Positions 9,260 through 18,441 of a stretch of 64,000 nt of DNA are shown here, one piece after another. Location of the stretch: NCBI GenBank assembly GCA_963732195.1, contig CAVSYO010000006.1:40970-104969 (forward strand), read 5' to 3'. The position numbers were made by a program, and so were the translations under genes. The first letter of the stretch is position 1; each line of letters opens with the position of its first letter. The notes beneath the pieces are model-generated. The model was not told the DNA's origin and searched no databases. It was given only the letters and a program-made list of their open reading frames with translations. This DNA comes from Terriglobia bacterium (GTDB lineage Bacteria > Acidobacteriota > Terriglobia > Terriglobales > Acidobacteriaceae).

Positions 9260-9882
9260 AGCTCGTCTTCAGGGACCGTGATAGAGCTAACGGATTCCTG
9301 CTTTGGCTGATCGACAGCGTCGCTTTGAATTACCGCCGTAGCCAGCTTCACGTGGCGCCAGCTCGTGCCTCTGGCAATACAGCCGATGGTTGCGTGTGTC
9401 ACGCCATATTCGCGTGCTATGTCACTCATACGCATGAAGCCTTCGGCCAGCATGGTCTTGATCCTTCTTACCTGCTCGGTCGTCAGTTTGGCGCTCCTAT
9501 GTTTTTCACCGTGCGGGCTCCTGCCTTTCTCCATCATGTCTCTTACGTTGTCCATCATCGTTCCCAGGAACAAATGCTCAGGATTCACGCAGGCCCGAAC
9601 GTCGCACTTGTGGCAGACCACCAGCCCGGGCGCAATCTCGCCACGAAAGAACTTCCACGCCAGCCGATGCGCTAGATACACCTTTCGCTCAAAGCGCACC
9701 ATGCCGTAGCCATCGGCACGCAGTTGCCCGCGCCATAGCCAGCAGCCTGTGCCCGGTTCGGGACACACCTTGGCCAGAAATCTTTCTCTTGGAGTAAGTT
9801 TCATTGGAATACCTGGAAAATTTGGTTGATGTGCAAGAAGATTAATTAGCGTCGAACCATCTTTAGTCTGATTCGTGTTCAT
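9256..9882 (-). CDS. HNH endonuclease with C-terminal HTH-like region
   Basis: GCWLWRG..DGYG..YLAHRLAW..VVCHKCDVRACVNPEHLFLGT is an HNH_3-type motif. The likely start is MKLTPRERF at 9804. The stop abuts the endolysin ORF. Confidence 0.8.
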   Translation of the reverse strand: MNTNQTKDGSTLINLLAHQPNFPGIPMKLTPRERFLAKVCPEPGTGCWLWRGQLRADGYGMVRFERKVYLAHRLAWKFFRGEIAPGLVVCHKCDVRACVNPEHLFLGTMMDNVRDMMEKGRSPHGEKHRSAKLTTEQVRRIKTMLAEGFMRMSDIAREYGVTHATIGCIARGTSWRHVKLATAVIQSDAVDQPKQESVSSITVPEDEL

Positions 9883-10012
9883 TCGCGCAATTCGCGGCTA
9901 AATTGGGTTGCCATGCCCAGCAGAAGAGCCGTGGCTGGGAAAACCGCAGTCCCTGGCAACAGGCCAGTCCAGCGTTCCCTAGGACGGTCACATCCGTCGA
10001 AGATTCGATCCG

Positions 10013-10177
10013 TTAAACACTGGCCGCGTGCTTACCGTTTGCACTGATTCCCTTTCTTTCGGCAAAGTCTGTCCACATGAGCTTGTGCTGGTACACAATG
10101 ATTGACATCTTGCGATAAATTCCCAGCAGCACCAGCAGGTTCGCTGCGGTAACAAAATCGGTAAAGTGAATTTGCAT
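10013..10177 (-). CDS. Small single-TM protein (54 aa), holin candidate
   Basis: Below the 60-aa cut-off of the ORF track. ATG 10177 is preceded by GGAGAGGGAG. It reads MQIHFTDFVTAANLLVLLGIYRKMSIIVYQHKLMWTDFAERKGISANGKHAASV, with one hydrophobic helix and a charged tail. It heads the minus-strand HNH-endolysin string. Confidence 0.45.
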   Translation of the reverse strand: MQIHFTDFVTAANLLVLLGIYRKMSIIVYQHKLMWTDFAERKGISANGKHAASV

Positions 10178-10275
10178 AGGCTCCCTCTCCAAAAAAATGG
10201 TTCACTAAGAAACGGTTCAAAACAAATTGGTCCGGCACGCGTGAAACCGGCGCCGCGCTCCGTTAAAATCCAAAC

Positions 10276-11049
10276 GTGCATCAGGGCGCCTCTCAGAAAT
10301 ATCGTCTGCTGTTAAAGCTGCTTTTCAGCCGTCCATCCGAGTTCTTTGACCGGGTGAAGACCGCGGCTGAAGGAATGGCTTCACCGCCACAGTCTGCCGC
10401 CGGGGCCGCGGGGCTTGATCTTGCGGAGATGCTCGACCTGAGTTCGAAATATTTGGGCACGGACCTGAGCGGCTTCCAGCACGACCCGGGCGCCGTTGCC
10501 ATACGCGAGCACATCGCATCCGAGCGAGCGCTCTTGAACCGCCCGGAATCGGCTGCCATGCATGACGCCGATGCTGGACTCCCAGAGTTTTGCTATATCA
10601 TTTGCCGCGCCCTGCGTCCGCGCGTTGTGGTGGAAACTGGAGTTGGCAGCGGCGTGACCACTTCCTTTATTCTGCAGGCCCTGTCCGCCAACGATGAAGG
10701 GCATCTCTGGAGCATTGACCTGCCGCCCATCGGCGCTGAACAGTTTGCCGGCAGCTTTGTCCCACAGCCTCTGCGCAGCCGCTGGACTCTGCTTCGCGGC
10801 CGCTCACGCGATTTGCTGCCGCGACTCCTGCGCGATCTTCCTACCCCTGACGTGTTTCTGCATGACAGCCTGCACACCACCAGAAACATGACGTTCGAAT
10901 TTAACGCCGCATGGCAAAAAATGAACGCCGGCGGAGTTCTGCTCTCCGATGACATCCACATGAGCAAGGCCTTTGCCCGGTTCATCACCGATAAACAAGT
11001 TGGCTTGTCGCTGGCGGGAAACCGGTTCGGAGTGGCGTTCAAGCGGTAA
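10276..11049 (+). CDS. Class I SAM-dependent methyltransferase (Methyltransf_24 / O-methyltransferase-like)
   Basis: 257 aa with motif I VVETGVGSGVTTSFIL, then DVFLHDSLHT and GGVLLSDD. It is on the opposite strand to the phage structural genes. Confidence 0.75.
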   Translation: MHQGASQKYRLLLKLLFSRPSEFFDRVKTAAEGMASPPQSAAGAAGLDLAEMLDLSSKYLGTDLSGFQHDPGAVAIREHIASERALLNRPESAAMHDADAGLPEFCYIICRALRPRVVVETGVGSGVTTSFILQALSANDEGHLWSIDLPPIGAEQFAGSFVPQPLRSRWTLLRGRSRDLLPRLLRDLPTPDVFLHDSLHTTRNMTFEFNAAWQKMNAGGVLLSDDIHMSKAFARFITDKQVGLSLAGNRFGVAFKR

Positions 11050-11193
11050 ACGGCTCAGCCGATCTAAACCTTAGCCACTGAGGTGTTTAACCTGGCCCAG
11101 TGCGGCTGCTACTTATCGGCAATGACGGCGGCTTAACATCACCGCAGGTCGTCTGGTCCAGAGCTCTGGCCTTGGAAGGTTCTGGGATTTCAT

Positions 11194-11988
11194 TTGGGAA
11201 CTGATAAAATCGACAAAGCCATGATTCCCTGGTACGTCAAGATCCCTGCAAAGATCGTTCTCTCGCGCCTGCCTGTAAATCCGCTCACTTGGCAGCGGCT
11301 AAATCTATTCCGTGCTGGAGTGATGGACAACGAAGAATCCGCACGCTCCATCTTTTTCACGCACCTGAACGCCACTGGCTTCTCGAATCTCGCTGGCAAA
11401 GCTGTGCTCGAACTCGGCCCCGGCAATGGGTTGCTTACTGGAAAATTCGCCGCTGAACTGGGAGCGTCAAAAACGTGGCTGATTGATGCCGCCGCCATTG
11501 CCGAACCTGCTTCGTTTCCTAATACTGAATATCTCAGCAATGGGCTGGCCTCGCTGCGAACAGTTCCAACAGCCTCGGTCGATTTCCTGTTTTCCAATGC
11601 TGTGCTGGAACACATCAGACTCAAAGAGTTACCCGATACGATTGCCGAAATGAAGCGTGTTCTAAAGCCGAGCGGAGTGGCATCTCACCAGATCGACTTT
11701 CGCGACCATCTAGGCGGTGCGCTGAATAATCTTCGGTTCTCAGAGGACACATGGGAATCAGACTTTATGGCCAAGAGTGGTTTTTATACGAACCGCGTTC
11801 CCTGGTCGCAAATGGCTGAGCTGTTCCGCGAAAACGGGTTTGCGTCTGAAGTCATAAAGCATAATTCCTGGCCAGAGCTTCCAACTAAGCAGCGTTCCAT
11901 GTCCCCGCCGTACTCTGACATGCTCTCAACAGACTTACTGGTTTGGGACTGCCATGTGGTACTGCGTCCTTACAAACTTTCAGTTTAA
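11194..11988 (+). CDS. Class I SAM-dependent methyltransferase (Methyltransf_11/23-like)
   Basis: AVLELGPGNGLLTG (motif I), VDFLFSNAVLEHI and MKRVLKPSGVASH. The start is TTG 11194 or ATG 11221. Its 3' end overlaps the convergent fibre gene by 9 nt. Confidence 0.75.
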   Translation: MGTDKIDKAMIPWYVKIPAKIVLSRLPVNPLTWQRLNLFRAGVMDNEESARSIFFTHLNATGFSNLAGKAVLELGPGNGLLTGKFAAELGASKTWLIDAAAIAEPASFPNTEYLSNGLASLRTVPTASVDFLFSNAVLEHIRLKELPDTIAEMKRVLKPSGVASHQIDFRDHLGGALNNLRFSEDTWESDFMAKSGFYTNRVPWSQMAELFRENGFASEVIKHNSWPELPTKQRSMSPPYSDMLSTDLLVWDCHVVLRPYKLSV

Positions 11989-14349
11989 CCACTCAAAGAT
12001 AACCATCCCCGCTAGCCCTGCACCACCGGCAGCCGTGCCAGCTCCCACTTCACCTGCACCACCGCCGCCCGCTCCGGGCGCTAGCCCTGCACTTCCAGCA
12101 GAATTCACTCCTGCTGCTCCACCGCCGCCCATCGTTGATGGAGCACCAACACCACCAAAGACGTTACCTGGACTTACGCCTCCCTGTTGGCCACCTACAT
12201 TAATATCTCCGTTTGTGCCTATTGCTCCACCATTTCCTCCCGGCTGCTGCCCTCCTGCTACATTCCCTCCAGCTCCAGCTTTTGCAGTGATGGTGGTAAT
12301 AGTTTGAGTCCCAGAAGAAATAGAAGAATCACCTCCTGTATTTCCAATGGCATTTGCAACTCCAGTACCACCAGCCCCGACCGTCACGGTGATTGTGTTT
12401 CCAGGCGTTAAGCTAGAAAGCCATTTAATCCCCGTTCCACCAGAGCCGCCACCTGAACCCCATGTGGTGGTCGATGCTCCCCCACCAGCACCGCCGCCAG
12501 CGATGACGGTGACTTTAACCGCTGTGACTCCAGTGGGAATAGTGAAGGTGCCGTTTCCGGTGAACTTCTGAAACTTGGGCGTAATACCCCTGAAATCTGT
12601 TCCTTGCACAATGGTGGTGCTGATGCCGCGCGGGAGTAGGTCAAATGTGCAGGTGACATTTCCGGTTGATCCTAAGAGGGTAGCTGTTACCGCGAACGTG
12701 CTAGTCGCGCAATTACTGAATGAGTTGCCGACAAACATGGTTCCCGTACCAGCATCGTTTGCATCTGTGCCGCCTGTTTCGAAGCGGTTCCCAAGAAACA
12801 TGTTGTAATTGCCAGCAGTGATCCTTACGCCCGTGGTTCTCTCTGAAATAAAGCCGTGCGTCCATGTGTTCACATCGCCGCTAGTGATCTTGATTCCCGC
12901 CGTTCCTGCACCAGCAAATCCGCTATGGGTAAAGCCCATGTGATAGTTGTCGGTCGGGCCTTGCGCGCCTGAAGTGTCCAGCAGTTCGGAAATGTCAAAA
13001 TCATCAATGATGATGTTTTCAAAGACGTTTTCGGTGACAAGTGCGGTTGCACTGTTGGCGGTCAGATGAAGTCCAGCCTTGCCGGAAACCAGCGTTCCGG
13101 TGCTTCCTATATGGAGATGCTTGAAATGGTTATGGGATACGGAGTTTGTTCCGCTTGCGACAAGCGCCAGGCCATCACCAGCACTGTTGAAAATCTCCAA
13201 ATCTTCAATGCCGCCCTCAGAACCAGCCCATGAGATTGCGGCAGAAGCAGTGGAAGTGATAACACTAGTCGTTCCGCTGCCACCAGTAGTCGGTCCCAGC
13301 CCCTTGATAGTGACAACTCCACTGGCGGGATTCGTAAACGTAACATTGGCCCCGGTTATCAGGGCAGCCGCGCCTAGCTTCAAAGTGATCGGCTTGTTGG
13401 CGGGAAATACCACGCCAGCCGCGCATGCCTGATTACCTTGGAATCCTGTGGCATCCACAATGCCACCCGTAGCAGGCAGAAGAGCAAAAGAAGCAGTAAT
13501 CTTTGCGCAAGCGTCTGCTCCTGCTTGCTGATCGGCGTAGATCGTTTTATTCAGACTTGCCAGCGTAGAAGCGCCGGTAACTCCCAGCGTCCCGCTCAGA
13601 GTCGTATTGCCCGTTACTCCCAGCGTCGAGCTAAGTGTTGTAGCGCCTGTCACGCCCAGCGTTCCTCCTACTGTCTCATTGCCTGATAGATTCAAGCTTG
13701 TACCTGTTGCCGCGCCAATGTTCGGCGTGGTGAGCGAGAGAGACGAGGCCAGATCGAGAGAGCCTACCGTGTTGCACGTTGGCGGAGCCGCAGTGTTGAG
13801 CGCGCGCACAAACTGATTCGTACAAGCGCCCGTTCCGGGGATAGCGCCGGGAATATTCGATCCTGTCACGGTTCCCGTGGCTGCTACGTTGCCGCTTACG
13901 CTCAGATTGCCGGAGACCGAATTGCCCGTGAGCGATGCGAAGTTGCCCAGATTCAGCGGAGCGTAATTATCGAAGTTGAAGGTTGCGCCGGTAAAGGTCA
14001 CCCCGGAATAGCGCAACACTTCCTGTCCGGTAGACGAATCTTTCACCGTGACGCGGTAATAGATCCCTGCGGGCGATGTGTGCGCCGGTTCTGGAACGGT
14101 GAATGAAGTGACCACGCCAGCAGAGACCGGAGAGCAGTATCCCCGCTTGAGCGCCTGCCCACCGCCGCCGATCTGCACGGAAATCGGGTTGTCCTGCTGA
14201 TCGGTAATCAGAAAGCAGAGCTGGCCGGCGGCCAGCTTGGTTCCGTTGATGTCCTGGATGTTGCTGGCTGAGACGGTGCTTAGATTCTGCGCATAAGCAT
14301 TTACCGCAAAGGACGCAAAGAGCGCAAAGAAAAGAATGAGTTTCTTCAT
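11980..14349 (-). CDS. Tail-fibre/tailspike-like protein: signal-peptide-like N-terminus, beta-helix-like middle, Gly-rich C-terminal domain
   Basis: The best start is ATG 14349 behind AGGAGA, giving MKKLILFFALFASFAVNAYAQ. The middle has repetitive NxxG/TG motifs. The C-terminus reads FTGNGTFTIPTGVTAVKVTVIAGGGAGGG...GMVIFEW, typical of Gly-rich phage fibre tips. The longer tracked ORF (to 14637) overlaps the upstream gene. Confidence 0.75.
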   Translation of the reverse strand: MKKLILFFALFASFAVNAYAQNLSTVSASNIQDINGTKLAAGQLCFLITDQQDNPISVQIGGGGQALKRGYCSPVSAGVVTSFTVPEPAHTSPAGIYYRVTVKDSSTGQEVLRYSGVTFTGATFNFDNYAPLNLGNFASLTGNSVSGNLSVSGNVAATGTVTGSNIPGAIPGTGACTNQFVRALNTAAPPTCNTVGSLDLASSLSLTTPNIGAATGTSLNLSGNETVGGTLGVTGATTLSSTLGVTGNTTLSGTLGVTGASTLASLNKTIYADQQAGADACAKITASFALLPATGGIVDATGFQGNQACAAGVVFPANKPITLKLGAAALITGANVTFTNPASGVVTIKGLGPTTGGSGTTSVITSTASAAISWAGSEGGIEDLEIFNSAGDGLALVASGTNSVSHNHFKHLHIGSTGTLVSGKAGLHLTANSATALVTENVFENIIIDDFDISELLDTSGAQGPTDNYHMGFTHSGFAGAGTAGIKITSGDVNTWTHGFISERTTGVRITAGNYNMFLGNRFETGGTDANDAGTGTMFVGNSFSNCATSTFAVTATLLGSTGNVTCTFDLLPRGISTTIVQGTDFRGITPKFQKFTGNGTFTIPTGVTAVKVTVIAGGGAGGGASTTTWGSGGGSGGTGIKWLSSLTPGNTITVTVGAGGTGVANAIGNTGGDSSISSGTQTITTITAKAGAGGNVAGGQQPGGNGGAIGTNGDINVGGQQGGVSPGNVFGGVGAPSTMGGGGAAGVNSAGSAGLAPGAGGGGAGEVGAGTAAGGAGLAGMVIFEWLN

Positions 14350-14389
14350 GGTTCTCCTGAAAAATGGCCAAGGGCCAAAAGATGATTTT

Positions 14390-17315
14390 TTAACTGCGCG
14401 GCAGCGGCCTACCAGGAGCGCCGGAACCGCCTCCAGTGCTTCCGCCTTGTCCGCCGGTATCGCCGCCCGTGCCAGCCGCGTTGCAAGTGGGCTGGATTGA
14501 TCCCACGCGCATCTGGCCGCGATAAATGGCTTGAACGTAATTGTTGTAGTTTGCCCAGGCGCGATGCGTGACAGCATTGAAGTCGTAACTGATCCAATAA
14601 TTGGTGCTGATTTGCGGAGCCGCGCCGGTATCGTCAACCGTGGTGATGGTTTGTGCCGGGATAGTTCGCGTCCCGCCCTGGTCTTTCATCTTCCATGCGG
14701 TATAGCTGTTGCCTACGCCGCTGGGGCCGTAAACCCGAATGTTGTCTGCCGTGCCGCTGACAAACGTGGAATCGATGGTGGCATTGTTGGCCGGCGTTTC
14801 ATCATGGTTGCCAAAAATCCCATTAAACGCAAAGCTGTACGCCGTGGCATTGGCCAAAGACTGTTCCATCAGGCCCAGCGAATTAAAGCTGGTGAACTTG
14901 AAAAAGATGGTGGTTCCTACCAGCGTGGGGTCAGCTTCCCAGATGAAACACCGCATCGTCCAGCCGGAGGAACACGCTGCCGATATTGTGCGTGACGTTG
15001 GGCGAACCAAAGATGCCGCGATGAAGCTTGGTGGCCAGATTGTATTTGTTCGCCGCTGTGAGCGTGGCCACCTGGTAGCTGATCAGCTCGCCATCGACAT
15101 AGCAGAGCGTGCGGAAATTGTCACAGTCGGAAGCCGAACCGCTTTGCAGCGTCCCGCCGGATTCGGTGAGATCGACTGCCAGCGTGTGTGTGGTATCGGG
15201 ATCAGCCGATGAAACCAGTTGCGCCGTGAGCACTCCCATGCGCGAAGGCCCGTAAACCTTGCCGATCTGCACATAATTGCTGTTGTCCGGTGAGAGCCAC
15301 ACGGAAGCGCCGCCCCAGTCGCCAAACAGGACTGCCGTTCCGCCGGAAGTGTACGCGCCTGAGCCTACCGATCCGTTCAGGCTGAAATGGTCCTGATCGA
15401 CAACCGTTACCGTCCATGTGCCGTTTGCCGCTGTGTTGCCGCCCGCACCTGAGATGACGGCTTTTTGGCCGGTGATAAATCCATGCCCGGTAAGCGCAAT
15501 CACAATAGGGCTGGCATTGGTGGCTCCGGTGATGCTCCGCGGCGTGCCTGAGATTCCCGCGCCTGATACTCCCAGCCATACTTCATAGTTACCGGTGAGG
15601 CTTATACGATCATTGGCCTCAAAGATGATCGGCGTATTCACCGCGCCCGGATCGGCGTTGGCTTGCGTAACGAGGCCCGTTCCTGCCTGATGCGGATACA
15701 ACGTTGGCGCAGCCGTGCCCCAGGGGAAGTCTTCACAATCCACTTCCAGCTTGCCGGAATCATCTTCACGCATGGCGGTGATTCTGACCGGCTTTTTGTT
15801 GTATCCCAGTTCCGGAATAGTGAGCGTTACCAGGTCCATAGGCTCAAGCAGATTGAACTGCCAGCCCAGAGAAAACGTGTATGACGCCCGGATTTCTACG
15901 GAGCGCTTGCGCAGCAGGTTGGCCGCGAATTTTGCCACCGTGGTTGTGGTGATGGCATGCGCCTGCACGGGTGAAGCCTTGCGCAAACCGTAAAGCGCGA
16001 TCATGGCATCGTCTTTATCTTCCGCCACGTCTGGATTGTAATCGTTGGCGCGATTGGCAAACTCAATGGATACGGAATTCATCACGTCCGCAACGGATGG
16101 CCGCTTGATCAGCACTTCAGTCAGCAGATCGGAAGTTGTGAGGTCGTAAATCGGTGACGTGTTGGGAATAAAGCTTGCGCCGTTGCCGACTGCCGTAGTA
16201 TCGCCATAAGGAATGATTTTTAGAACGCCTTCACTCCAGACAGCTGCCGCGTTGGTTACGTCAAGCATTTCCTGAATCCAGTCGCTGGCCGCTTTCTGCG
16301 CGTCCATGACCGGCGAGAGAAACAGCCCGTTGGCAGTGCAGAAATTCCGATACTGCGTAAGGTCGCCCGGTGTGACCGCGCCGGCCAGCCCATAAAACAG
16401 GTTGCGCCAGCATGTCCGCGATGATGGCCGAAGGCTCCGCATCCGGTACGCCGCCGCCGAAAGGCAGAATGCCCAGCACTTCAAAACTCAGATTGGGCAG
16501 CGTTCCTGAATCGCCCAAATCCATGGCCGATGCCGCAACGTAAGCGATACCGTTATATCCAAGATCCTGGCCGGGATGCCGCGAGGTTAGGTAGCTCCAG
16601 GACGTCTGCGGACGCGAACCCAGAAACAGCGTGAGGCTTAATTTCTGCTGTGGCTGGCCGTTGGAATTGGAATCGGGAACGGAGTAGACATAGGTGATCG
16701 TCATCACCTTGCCCACATCGGCAGCGGCAAAAGTAAACGTCGATCCGCTGAAGGTGAACTGCCCCGCTCCCGGCGAACTGGCTACCTGAGTCATAGGCGT
16801 TTGTTGCGTACCGGAAAATAGCTGTGAACCGTCAGAGCCAAAATCGTTCTGGCTGAAACTGAACAAGTCTGCACGGCTTACGCCTTTGTGCGAATGCAAC
16901 ACTCCGCCACCAGGAGGCGTTACCGTGACCCCGCCACCGCCGCCGGGAACAGTGAAAGGCACGGTTGCGGTGATCAGAGTCAAGCCGACCTTTTGTGTCC
17001 CAAACGTTGTGAATATTTAGGATTGGCCCCTGACAGAGAGCCATGGCTACCGCTGTCTGATAGGTGTATGTTGTGTTCGTGATGGCATTGCCGCCGCCTG
17101 AGCCCAGCCCCTTGCCGCCGACCTTGGTTGTGCTGGTGTGCGGGATGGCCGTGAAAATCTCCTGCCCAGATCAGCCGTGCAGCAATGCGGTTCTGTCCGT
17201 ACATGATTGGGATCACCTGTCCGTATGAGCTGGTTTGCACTCGAAGCGCGGAAAGCAGGTTCGGTTTTGCCGCGAGTGCATTCTTCCCGCCGCCTTTGCC
17301 GCCCATCAAAGCCAT
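14390..17315 (-). pseudogene. Host-specificity / RcGTA g15-like large distal tail protein, interrupted by four single-nt frame shifts
   Basis: The pieces lie in 5 frames: 16980-17315 (MALMGGKGGG..RVQTSSYGQVIPIMYGQNRIAARLIWAGDF), about 16990-17150 (TAIPHTSTTKVGGKG..MALCQGPILNIHNVWDTKGRL), 16261-16983, 14931-16484 and 14390-15010. Each junction reads through if one nt is removed (about 17155, 16983, 16407, 14940). Confidence 0.8.
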
Positions 17316-17418
17316 ATGTTGTCACCATTTTGAGAATGAGTAAGTTAATGGTAATTATCCCTTTTTGACTACAAGTAGCCGTTAGAATCAAAAAGCTGAA
17401 AAGCTGAAAGAGGATCAA

Positions 17419-17763
17419 ATGCCTAACGTGACTAAGGGTGAGAAGCTCCTGTGTCTTGAGGATGCTGCGGTTTTCGATGAAGGCAACACAGTGGCATTCA
17501 CAATCAAGAGCGAAACCGGCAAGCAATTGCGGTTGAACTGCTCACTTCCAGAAATCGGAGATGTTTGTTCATTCCTGGGGCGTGCAGCTAAAGCGGCTGG
17601 AGAAATCCGAAATGCACCAGCTCCAGTCTTTCCTCATGGCCACAACTATCTTGCTCCGATTCCAGCTCAGGGTATTGGCTTTCAGGCTGGTGCGGATGCG
17701 AGCGAAACTATCCTTGTGATGCGGCTGTTTGGATTTGATATGGCTTTCTCAAGTTCAAAGTAG
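17419..17763 (+). CDS. Hypothetical protein (plus-strand moron inside the tail operon)
   Basis: ATG lies behind AAGAGGA. The +1 frame continues with a plausible ..SQVQSSGLARIADDVARIARTLSAEGNIH ending at 17836, 15 nt before a terminator. The gene may therefore really be 17419-17836 with one more frame error near 17745. Confidence 0.5.
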   Translation: MPNVTKGEKLLCLEDAAVFDEGNTVAFTIKSETGKQLRLNCSLPEIGDVCSFLGRAAKAAGEIRNAPAPVFPHGHNYLAPIPAQGIGFQAGADASETILVMRLFGFDMAFSSSK

Positions 17764-17850
17764 TGGGTTAGCGCGCATTGCAGACGATGTTGCCCGAATT
17801 GCACGCACGTTATCGGCTGAGGGAAACATTCACTAGGCGATAGCATGTCT

Positions 17851-17888
17851 CTCCAAAAACAAAACCCGCCTAATGGCGGGTTTCTTCT
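17851..17888 (-). terminator. Rho-independent terminator, usable in both directions
   Basis: Stem ACCCGCC/GGCGGGT with loop TAAT. The minus strand has the T-tract TTTTGTTTTT after the stem, and the plus strand has TTTCTTCT. Confidence 0.7.
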
Positions 17889-17980
17889 GACAGATTGCGA
17901 TGATGGCGGCCGTAATCACGCTGGCCAAACCTGTATTCTGTTCGAGTTTCGCACTCTTATACTCGGAACTGTACGCGCGT

Positions 17981-18427
17981 TCATTCTAGTGGCCGCAGTT
18001 CAAAACATTTGTGTTCTCTTCCCAGCAGTTCGCCATCGCGCAAAGCGTCGCTCAAAAGAACGCCGTGGGGAATGTAGGCGTGGATTACGATTGGCCAGGT
18101 CACCACAATGGCGCCATGTGAGAACGTCCGCCCAAAGCGAAAGACAATGAAGTCTGCCGGCTGTGGCGGAGCTTTTATTTCCGTCACAAACTTTTCAATT
18201 TCATTCAGGTAGAGTTCTTCACTTCGGTGCAGATGCCACTGGACTGAGTACTGTGGCGGCCTATATTCTCGCGGCAAGACGCCGCATTCCTGGTACACAG
18301 CCAGCGGAAACATGGCGCAATCCGCGCCAGCATGCTTCACCCGCGCATGATGGTGATATGGAGTGCCCAGCCACTCTTTGGCTGCGCGAACAATGTTGCT
18401 CCGCTGCGCTGTAGTCAGTCGTTGCAT
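17981..18427 (-). CDS. NlpC/P60-family tail-associated peptidase (RcGTA g14 / lambda K-like)
   Basis: WLGTPYHHHARVKHAGADCAMF (catalytic Cys context) and RTFSHGAIV (His). Confidence 0.8.
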   Translation of the reverse strand: MQRLTTAQRSNIVRAAKEWLGTPYHHHARVKHAGADCAMFPLAVYQECGVLPREYRPPQYSVQWHLHRSEELYLNEIEKFVTEIKAPPQPADFIVFRFGRTFSHGAIVVTWPIVIHAYIPHGVLLSDALRDGELLGREHKCFELRPLE

Positions 18428-18441
18428 TTTGGCGGTTCCTC

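Noticed and set aside
9256-11988. Restriction-modification system (HNH plus methyltransferases)
   Set aside because: The methyltransferases lack DNA-MTase motif IV (DPPY/NPPY or PC). The HNH gene is on the other strand and looks like a free-standing phage HNH.
11954-12571. Pro-rich + strand ORFs (PAPPAAVPAPTSPAPPPP..)
   Set aside because: They are the mirror image of the Gly-rich C-terminal domain of the minus-strand fibre gene.
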